A DNA stretch of 64,000 nucleotides from Clostridium sp. CAG:793 (lineage in GTDB: Bacteria > Bacillota > Clostridia > TANB77 > CAG-508), in contig HF993636.1 of NCBI GenBank assembly GCA_000433915.1, positions 2,838 to 66,837 of the forward strand, read 5' to 3'. The translations under genes were made by a program, and so were the position numbers. Shown here one piece after another: positions 57,174 through 64,000 of this stretch; the first letter of the stretch is position 1; each line of letters begins with the position of its first letter. The notes under the pieces are model-generated. The model searched no databases. It was not told the origin of the DNA and worked only from the letters and a program-made list of their open reading frames with translations.

Positions 57174-58232
57174 CTATTCCATCTCCTTATATATTCTTAA
57201 TAATTTTTCTATGTTTTTTTCTATATTAAATTTTTCTTCTACTGTTTTTCTTGCATTATCCGAAATCTGTTTTCTTTTTTCTTTTTCTTTATCATCTAAT
57301 ATATTTTCTAAAATTTCTTTGAGTTTCTTTTTATCTCCAGGTTCAATTATAAATCCGTTAATTCCATTTTCAATTACTCTTGGAATTCCTCCAACTTTAG
57401 TTGATATAGGAATATTTTTATATGCCATTCCTTCTATTAAAGACATTGGCATTCCTTCGTTATATGAAGGTAATACATAAAAAGAACTATTTTTTAATTT
57501 TTCTTCTTTTTCTTTTCCACTAATCCAGTTATATATTTCAATATTAGATTTAAGCTTTCTATCTTCCACTATCTTTTTTACTTTTTCATATTCTCCATCT
57601 CCGCAAGCAATTAGTTTAATGTCTTTATATTGGGATATTAGTTGTTCTACCACATCTATTAAATCATATATGCCTTTTCTTTCACCTAGTCTTCCTAAAA
57701 ATAATATTTGTTTTGTTTCTATATTTTTTTCAAAGTCTTTTGGTATATTTATTGCATTATATATTACTTCAATTTTATCTCTTGGCACTATATTTTGAAA
57801 ATATTCTTCCCATTCTTCTGATAAAACAATTATTTTATCGCACATATTCAAACATTCTTTTATATATCTTTTTTGTGATTCATTGCATTCTTTATCATAA
57901 AATACTTTGAATTCAGCTCCATGAACATGAACAATTACTTTCTTTTTCGCCTTCTTTGCTTCTTTAATGTATTTGCATTTTCTATATGTGCTTCTTCTTG
58001 ATGCCATATGAATGTGTATAATGTCATATTTTTTTACTAGCAATTTAAACTTGCAAAATCCAGTTATTTCTTTAATAGCTTTTAATATCTTATTTTTGTC
58101 ATTAGACGACTCTAAATATTTTAGATTTATTTTCTTGTCAAGACCATAATCATAATAACTATCTACTACTGATGTCATTCCACCTTTTACACTTCTTGCT
58201 GGTCCAACCATTAAAACGTTCATTGCTTTCAT
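57174..58232 (-). CDS. family 4 (GT-B) glycosyltransferase
   Basis: 352 aa. C-terminal E-x7-E region: PSYNEGMPMSLIEGMAYKNIPISTKVGGIPRVIENGINGF. Confidence 0.88.
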   Translation of the reverse strand: MKAMNVLMVGPARSVKGGMTSVVDSYYDYGLDKKINLKYLESSNDKNKILKAIKEITGFCKFKLLVKKYDIIHIHMASRRSTYRKCKYIKEAKKAKKKVIVHVHGAEFKVFYDKECNESQKRYIKECLNMCDKIIVLSEEWEEYFQNIVPRDKIEVIYNAINIPKDFEKNIETKQILFLGRLGERKGIYDLIDVVEQLISQYKDIKLIACGDGEYEKVKKIVEDRKLKSNIEIYNWISGKEKEEKLKNSSFYVLPSYNEGMPMSLIEGMAYKNIPISTKVGGIPRVIENGINGFIIEPGDKKKLKEILENILDDKEKEKRKQISDNARKTVEEKFNIEKNIEKLLRIYKEME

Positions 58233-58237
58233 TCCTT

Positions 58238-59122
58238 TTATTTTGTATTTTCATCAATTATTAATTTTTTTCCAAAAATTTTGTCAGTATTATATGTAAT
58301 ATCTGTATCAAACCCTGAATTTGGTGATAGTGTTATCTCTCCAAAATAAATTTTCCCTTTTATTTCATATAAATCAATTCTTGCATATATAAAGTCTTTA
58401 GCTAATTTTTCAGCTACATCTATCATTTCTTCTAAATTTTGAGGCTTTTTTAATGAAAATTCTTTTGGAAGCTCTTCATCCCCATAATTATATCTTAGGA
58501 AATTCCATTTTTTATCAAAGAAATAGAATTTTACTCCACCTTTTGAAAATCTGTCTTTGCAAACCATAATATTATCTACTTTTCCATTAAAGCATGTAAT
58601 TTTATAATCTGATGGTAATTCATTGTTTTCATCTAACATTAGTTTCTCTACTACAATACAAGGCTTTATATTTTTATATTGCCATTCTCTTCCTATATAA
58701 TAAAAATTCTTCTTTAAATGACTATTTATTTTCTTTTTTGCTGCTTTTATATCTAATTTACTCTTATCTCTACATATATAATATCCGCCTGAATCATGAT
58801 TGCACTTTATGATGAATTGATTAGGCAATTCTTCAAAATTAATGTCATCAAATTTTTCATATCTTCCTATTAGCGGAATTAAATATTGTTCTCCTACTTT
58901 CTCTTGTATATACTTTCTAACAGCATATTTATCTGAGACAAGAGAAAAAAATGGTTTTCTATAATTAAACTTCATCCATTGCAGTTTTTCATTTAATGTT
59001 TCTGGTCTTTTTAAATTTAATTTTCTTTTCACTTTTAATCTAAAATACGCTTTTACATATATTTCATCTGGAATAAATCTGAAGAAATATTTAGTTTTCA
59101 TTATTAATTCTTTTTTTTCCAT
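58238..59122 (-). CDS. TupA-like ATP-grasp amidoligase family protein
   Basis: 294 aa. LNEKLQWMKFNYR, DKYAVRKYIQEKVGEQYLIPLIG, LPNQFIIKCNHDSGG, REWQYKNIKP, DYKITCFNG, ARIDLYEIKGKIYFGEITLSPNSG. Confidence 0.85.
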   Translation of the reverse strand: MEKKELIMKTKYFFRFIPDEIYVKAYFRLKVKRKLNLKRPETLNEKLQWMKFNYRKPFFSLVSDKYAVRKYIQEKVGEQYLIPLIGRYEKFDDINFEELPNQFIIKCNHDSGGYYICRDKSKLDIKAAKKKINSHLKKNFYYIGREWQYKNIKPCIVVEKLMLDENNELPSDYKITCFNGKVDNIMVCKDRFSKGGVKFYFFDKKWNFLRYNYGDEELPKEFSLKKPQNLEEMIDVAEKLAKDFIYARIDLYEIKGKIYFGEITLSPNSGFDTDITYNTDKIFGKKLIIDENTK

Positions 59123-59124
59123 TT

Positions 59125-59604
59125 TTATATTTTCCTTATATATTCTTTTATGTCTTTTATAAAATTTTCATTATTTGAATCATATTTTTTAAATTCTTTA
59201 TTATCTATTTGTTGTATCTTTTCTTTTAATTCTTTCTCGTCTATGCATGTTTCTATTAAGTTCATATTTGCAAATTCATTTAATAGCTGTATCTGATGAT
59301 CATCAACATGTTCTCCAAATTTAGATAGTCTTGGTATTCCTATTACTTTCTTGCCTTTTTTTATTGCATTTACAATAACCCCAGTTCCAGCATGAGTAAT
59401 AATAAGTCTAGCTTCATCTAAATATTTATTAAATTCATCTTGAGTTACAAATTCTTTATATTTATAGTTTTGAGGTTTATAATCACTTACTCCAATTTGT
59501 GCAAATACTTCTTCATTTATTACTTTATTTTCAATTAACTCATCTATTTCCTTAAGTAGTCTATTAAATTGGAATTTCTGTGATCCAACAGTTACAAAAA
59601 TCAT
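59125..59604 (-). CDS. PssE/Cps14G-like glycosyltransferase subunit (Alg13-like)
   Basis: 159 aa. MIFVTVGSQKFQFNRLL, ITHAGTGVI. Confidence 0.85.
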   Translation of the reverse strand: MIFVTVGSQKFQFNRLLKEIDELIENKVINEEVFAQIGVSDYKPQNYKYKEFVTQDEFNKYLDEARLIITHAGTGVIVNAIKKGKKVIGIPRLSKFGEHVDDHQIQLLNEFANMNLIETCIDEKELKEKIQQIDNKEFKKYDSNNENFIKDIKEYIRKI

Positions 59605-60077
59605 TAGTAAATCCCTCCTATATAAATTGCATCAGGATAAATTTTTAACATTTCTGGCCATTGTACATAAAATCTATCAGCGATTTTATTTTTATATATT
59701 AATTTTCCAGTCTGTGTTGGACTATTTATTTTTGCAAATGATTCTATATATATTACTTTTTTATTGAAAATGTGTCCTATATATAGCATCGGTATTGTTG
59801 CTAATACTCCTGTACTTATTATTATATCCGGTCTTTCTATGCAAAAGATATACATTGACTTAAATAAATTTAAAATCATTTTTATTAAAAATAATGGTTC
59901 TTTTCTATTTACTTGTATAAGATAATGATTTATTTTTTTATCTTTTTTATTATATTGTGTTTTTTCTGTTGTTATAAATGTATCAAATTCATCACTAAGC
60001 TTTCTTAGCATTAATAACTGTTCAAAATGTCCACCTGATGATGCAATTAGACAAATCTTCCTTTTCTTATTTTTCAT
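59604..60077 (-). CDS. PssD/Cps14F-like glycosyltransferase membrane subunit (Alg14-like)
   Basis: 157 aa. KICLIASSGGHFEQLL. Its stop overlaps the start of the Alg13-like gene by 1 nt. Confidence 0.85.
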   Translation of the reverse strand: MKNKKRKICLIASSGGHFEQLLMLRKLSDEFDTFITTEKTQYNKKDKKINHYLIQVNRKEPLFLIKMILNLFKSMYIFCIERPDIIISTGVLATIPMLYIGHIFNKKVIYIESFAKINSPTQTGKLIYKNKIADRFYVQWPEMLKIYPDAIYIGGIY

Positions 60078-60085
60078 TTTTTATA

Positions 60086-61255
60086 TTAGTCTCTAGAGAA
60101 TAAGTCTCTAGTATAAACTTTCTCCTTTACATCAATTAAATTTTCTTCTAATCTATTTGCGATAATTACTGAACTTTTTTCTTTAAATTCATCTAAGTTA
60201 TTAATAACTTCACATCCATTAAATTCTTGCTTAGTTAATGTTGGCTCATATATTATTATTTTTTGATTCTCTGCTTTTAAATTCTTTATTATATCTTGTA
60301 TAGCACTTGATCTAAAATTATCTGAACCTGATTTCATTGTTAATCTATATATTCCGACTACTTGTGGTTTTAATTTTAATATTTCTTCTGTTATAAATTC
60401 TTTTCTTGTTTTATTTGAATTTACTATTGCTTCAATTAAATTTTGTGGTACATCTTTGTAATTTGCCAATAATTGTTTTGTATCTTTTGGTAAGCAATAT
60501 CCACCATATCCAAATGAAGGATTATTATAATGAGTTCCAATTCTAGGATCTAATCCAACACCTTCTATAATGTCCTTTGAATTAAGTCCTTTTATTTCCG
60601 CATATGTATCTAGTTCATTGAAATAAGCAACTCTAAGTGCTAAATATGTATTAGCAAAAAGTTTAACAGCTTCTGCTTCAGTGCTGTTCATGTATAAAAC
60701 TGGTACATTTTTTTCCAAAGCTGATTCTTTTAATAATGTTGCGAATTCTTTTCCCTTCTCATTTTTTGTTCCAACAATTATTCTTGAAGGATATAAATTG
60801 TCGTATAAAGCTTTTCCTTCTCTTAAAAATTCTGGTGAAAAGAAAATATTGTCTATGTTATATTCGTACTTAATATTTTCTATATATCCAACTGGAATTG
60901 TTGATTTTACAACCATTGTAATATTTTTGTCATTCATTGATATTACTTTTTCGATTATATCTTCTACACTTGATGTGTCAAAGAAATTCTTCTCGTCGTC
61001 ATAATTTGTTGGTGTGCTAATTATAACAAATTCTGCACCTTCAAAAGCATCTTTATAATCTAAAGTTGCTCTTAAATTTAATTTCTTTTCTTTAAAATAT
61101 TTTTCAATATATTCGTCTTGTATTGGTGATTTTCTATTATTAATCATCTCAACCTTCTCTGGTATAATGTCTAATGCAACTACTTCGTTATTTTGGCTTA
61201 ATAGTGTTGCTAATGATAATCCTACATATCCTGTTCCTGCTACTGCAATTTTCAT
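60086..61255 (-). CDS. ugd: UDP-glucose 6-dehydrogenase
   Basis: 389 aa. [40 protein letters not shown]. Confidence 0.93.
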   Translation of the reverse strand: MKIAVAGTGYVGLSLATLLSQNNEVVALDIIPEKVEMINNRKSPIQDEYIEKYFKEKKLNLRATLDYKDAFEGAEFVIISTPTNYDDEKNFFDTSSVEDIIEKVISMNDKNITMVVKSTIPVGYIENIKYEYNIDNIFFSPEFLREGKALYDNLYPSRIIVGTKNEKGKEFATLLKESALEKNVPVLYMNSTEAEAVKLFANTYLALRVAYFNELDTYAEIKGLNSKDIIEGVGLDPRIGTHYNNPSFGYGGYCLPKDTKQLLANYKDVPQNLIEAIVNSNKTRKEFITEEILKLKPQVVGIYRLTMKSGSDNFRSSAIQDIIKNLKAENQKIIIYEPTLTKQEFNGCEVINNLDEFKEKSSVIIANRLEENLIDVKEKVYTRDLFSRD

Positions 61256-61281
61256 TTTTTTATTCTCCTTTACTATAAATT

Positions 61282-61989
61282 TTAAAATGCACCTTTTCTT
61301 TTTATTGTTTGTGCTACTGTCATAAACATAATTTTTATGTCAAATATAATACTTCTTTTTTCTTCGTATTCTTTATCCTGTTCATTTCTTGTTTCAAAAT
61401 CAGTATTACTTCTTCCATTAACTTGCCACCAACCAGTTACTCCTGGTTTACATTTTACGATGTCCTCATAATGTGTCATTTCCTCTTTTTCTCTTGGTAG
61501 ATAAGGTCTTGGTCCTACGAAACTCATATTTCCAATTAATACATTGAAAAATTGAGGAAATTCATCTAAACTTGTTGCTCTTAGGAATTGTCCTGTCTTA
61601 GTTATTCTTGGATCATTTTTTAGTTTCTTATATTTTTTGTATTCTTTTTTCGCTTCTGGATTTTCATCTAGATATGACTGTAATTTTTCATCAGCGTTCA
61701 TGCACATTGATCTAAATTTGTACAATCTGAATCGCTTTCCATCTTTTCCAATTCTAAGTTGTTCATAAAATAATGGTCCATCATCTTCTTTGTAAATCTT
61801 TCTCAATATCCATATTACAATTGTTAATGGTATTACTACTGCTGTTCCGATAATTCCAACCAATATATCAAACATTCTTTTTATTATAAGATATATTATC
61901 ATTCTTGGGCTATGTGAAACTTTAGTAATTCTTTGTGTCTGATTTTCATTGTTTCTTTTTAATGTAATTGATTTTGCCAACTCTTTCAC
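61282..61989 (-). CDS. undecaprenyl-phosphate sugar phosphotransferase (bacterial sugar transferase family, priming enzyme)
   Basis: 235 aa. [56 protein letters not shown]. Confidence 0.92.
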   Translation of the reverse strand: MKELAKSITLKRNNENQTQRITKVSHSPRMIIYLIIKRMFDILVGIIGTAVVIPLTIVIWILRKIYKEDDGPLFYEQLRIGKDGKRFRLYKFRSMCMNADEKLQSYLDENPEAKKEYKKYKKLKNDPRITKTGQFLRATSLDEFPQFFNVLIGNMSFVGPRPYLPREKEEMTHYEDIVKCKPGVTGWWQVNGRSNTDFETRNEQDKEYEEKRSIIFDIKIMFMTVAQTIKRKGAF

Positions 61990-62010
61990 CCCTTTTATAT
62001 TTGTTGATTT

Positions 62011-63153
62011 TTATAATTCATCTTTTACTCCAGTTTCTTTAATAATTTGATTGCTTATTTCTTTAATGTTGTCTGGAACTTCATAGTCTTCTTGTCCATA
62101 TACTTCTTTGTGTAATTTCTTAACATTGCTTTCTAGTGATGATGCTGGTCCATAGAAATCCCCTCTCATCCATACTCCTGTTGTTTTATATGGCCATCCG
62201 AAAGATTCTTTTATTGTTATATTTAGCATTGTTGGTATTAATGATGTTATATCCATTGCGGTTAAATTTGTTCTTATTTTGGGTAGCATTGTTTCTAAAA
62301 TAGAGTTTAATTCTGGAATACTTTTCTTCTTTGCTTTTTCAAATACTTTTTCTAGTACAGTTCTCATTCTCTCTGTTCTTTTATAGTCTTTTCCAGTTGT
62401 ATATCTTATTCTACAATATGATACTGCTTGTACTCCATTTAAATGGTTTACTCCTGTCTTTGTTATTTTATCTGCTGTTTTTCCAGTTACTTTAGTTACA
62501 TCTTTAATGTAATTATTTATGTATTGAATTTCTTCATTATCAATATTTACGTCAATTCCTCCAACACTGTCTACTAAATCTGATACTGCATTGAAGTCTA
62601 CTGTTACATATTCTGATATATTCAAGTCAAGATTTTCATTTATTGTTTTTATTGTATTTTGTACTCCATTATAATAAGCATGGTTTATTTTGTCGAATTT
62701 TGTTGTTCCGTCAAGTGTCATTTGAACATATGTATCTCTATATATTGAATATAAAGTTACTTCATTTGTTTCTTGATTTATACTTGCAATCATTATGCAG
62801 TCAGTTCTATAATCTTCGTCGTACGTATCATATCTTGAGTCTAATCCTAGTAATGCAATATTTCGGTATTTGCTCATTTCTGATTTCTTGTCTGCATTCT
62901 CTGAACTAATTCCTAAGTCATTTGCATCTTTTGATATTGTTTCATAATTTAGTTTTCCTAATTTATTACTTATGTATAAATATCCTGCTCCTGCAAGGCA
63001 AACGCACAATATTACTATTATTAGTATAATTATTCCAATTATTTTTAAAGCTTTGTGTGATTTATGTTTTCTTCTTTTGCTATTTTCTTGTATATTTTCA
63101 TCTATATCTTGTTCATCTCTTTTAAATCTTTTTGCTTTATTTTCGTCTCTCAT
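62011..63153 (-). CDS. LytR-CpsA-Psr (LCP) family polymer-attachment phosphotransferase
   Basis: 380 aa. TM anchor. NIALLGLDSR...RTDCIMIASIN, LYSIYRDTYV, VSYCRIR. Confidence 0.9.
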   Translation of the reverse strand: MRDENKAKRFKRDEQDIDENIQENSKRRKHKSHKALKIIGIIILIIVILCVCLAGAGYLYISNKLGKLNYETISKDANDLGISSENADKKSEMSKYRNIALLGLDSRYDTYDEDYRTDCIMIASINQETNEVTLYSIYRDTYVQMTLDGTTKFDKINHAYYNGVQNTIKTINENLDLNISEYVTVDFNAVSDLVDSVGGIDVNIDNEEIQYINNYIKDVTKVTGKTADKITKTGVNHLNGVQAVSYCRIRYTTGKDYKRTERMRTVLEKVFEKAKKKSIPELNSILETMLPKIRTNLTAMDITSLIPTMLNITIKESFGWPYKTTGVWMRGDFYGPASSLESNVKKLHKEVYGQEDYEVPDNIKEISNQIIKETGVKDEL

Positions 63154-63309
63154 TGTTTTTGACCTTTCTTAATATTTTTTCGATGTTTTCCTTCAATATT
63201 ATACTATTCCACTTATTTTTTTACAATAGTTTGTATTAAATTTATATACTATTGTTTTATTGTTTTTCTTAGTGTACAATAAGTGTATATTTTTTTAAGG
63301 AGTTTTAAA

Positions 63310-64000
63310 ATGAATAATAAAAATATTAGGCAATCTAATTTTGAATTGTTACGAATAATTTCGATGTTAATGATTGTTGCTCATCATTTTGCTGTACATA
63401 GCAATTTTGATTTTCCAAATAGTTATATTGGTTTTAGTAAGTTTTGGATTCATTTTGTTCAGTTATGGGGTAAAGTTGGAACTAATATATTTATACTTAT
63501 TACTGGATATTTTCTTGTAACTTCTACTAAGTTTAATATTAAGAAAATAATCACTTTCTGGGTACAAGTATTTACATATTCGATTATTTTGTACTTAATT
63601 CCAATTATTATAAAGTTTGGCGATTTTTCCATTAGAAATTTTACAATGCACTTATTTCCAATCTCATTTTCTTTTTGGTGGTTTGCCACTGCATACTTCT
63701 TTTTGTATTTGTTTTCTCCATTTTTAAACAAATTTTTGAATAGTTTGGATGTAAAAACATATAAGAAGTTTATTATTTTAGAGGCTATATGCTTTTGCTT
63801 GATTCCAACTTTTTTAAATGTTAATCCGGCTGGAAATAATTTTATAGTGCTTATTTTCGTGTATTCTATAGGTGGATATTTTAGATTGCATCCTTTAAAT
63901 TTGAAGCATTCTCCTAAGTATTATGTTTTTATTGCTTTATTAATAGCTCTTGGAACATATTTAATTAATGTCGCATTGGATTTTATGGCATATTATTTTG
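63310..64000 (+). CDS. acyltransferase family 3 membrane protein (polysaccharide O-acyltransferase), 5' part; continues beyond the window end
   Basis: Own translation from the ATG at 63310, with AAGGAG 7 nt upstream: MNNKNIRQSNFELLRIISMLMIVAHHFAVHS..., polytopic. Missing from the ORF track because it runs off the window edge. Confidence 0.85.
   Translation, partial: MNNKNIRQSNFELLRIISMLMIVAHHFAVHSNFDFPNSYIGFSKFWIHFVQLWGKVGTNIFILITGYFLVTSTKFNIKKIITFWVQVFTYSIILYLIPIIIKFGDFSIRNFTMHLFPISFSFWWFATAYFFLYLFSPFLNKFLNSLDVKTYKKFIILEAICFCLIPTFLNVNPAGNNFIVLIFVYSIGGYFRLHPLNLKHSPKYYVFIALLIALGTYLINVALDFMAYYF

Noticed and set aside
63459-63731. 90-aa minus-strand ORF.
   Set aside because: It is antisense to the plus-strand family-3 acyltransferase gene, which has a good RBS and a recognisable N-terminal motif.
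1-64000. Search for CRISPR arrays, rRNA genes, transposases, integrases and prophage genes.
   Set aside because: I found no regularly spaced direct repeats, no rRNA-like conserved blocks, and no ORF with recombinase or transposase motifs. The only tandem repeat is the in-gene 36-nt array.

Overview
This is a very AT-rich chromosomal segment (about one quarter G+C by eye) from a spore-forming, Clostridia-like Firmicute. Gene packing is tight. All but three of about 60 protein genes, plus tmRNA and tRNA-Trp, lie on the minus strand. From 1 to about 45.2 kb the content is mostly core: infB (partial), nusA, rimP, an alpha-glucan phosphorylase, and a CadC-like repressor with a Zn/Cd-type P1B ATPase and palindromic operators. 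It continues with an acyl-CoA synthetase, an uninterrupted pro-sigK, a U32 peptidase, an enoate-reductase-like flavoprotein and the full spoIIIAA-AH operon, in which spoIIIAE has an apparent frameshift. After that come yebC, galE, split transketolase, a GT51 transglycosylase, ssrA (tmRNA), a dGTPase-like HD protein, tRNA-Trp, efp, ruvX, an ireB-like gene, tsaD, lysS and others. From about 45.3 kb to 64 kb the content is accessory or cell-surface. It holds an insulated two-gene ATPase + Toprim-like (RloB/AriB-type) cassette, which is my best candidate for an anti-phage module. It also holds a 1163-aa GH10-like/Ig-like/dockerin-like surface protein and a 13-gene Wzx/Wzy-type polysaccharide locus with a frameshifted Wzy. 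A second region worth attention is a co-directional four-gene cluster at 33.6-39.3 kb. It centres on a 940-aa protein that combines a receiver-like domain, two canonical AT-hooks, a Q/N/Y-rich 36-nt tandem-repeat region and a ParA/MinD-like domain with a degenerate P-loop. I saw no CRISPR array, transposase, integrase or rRNA. All family assignments come from motif recognition by eye; no database search was run.
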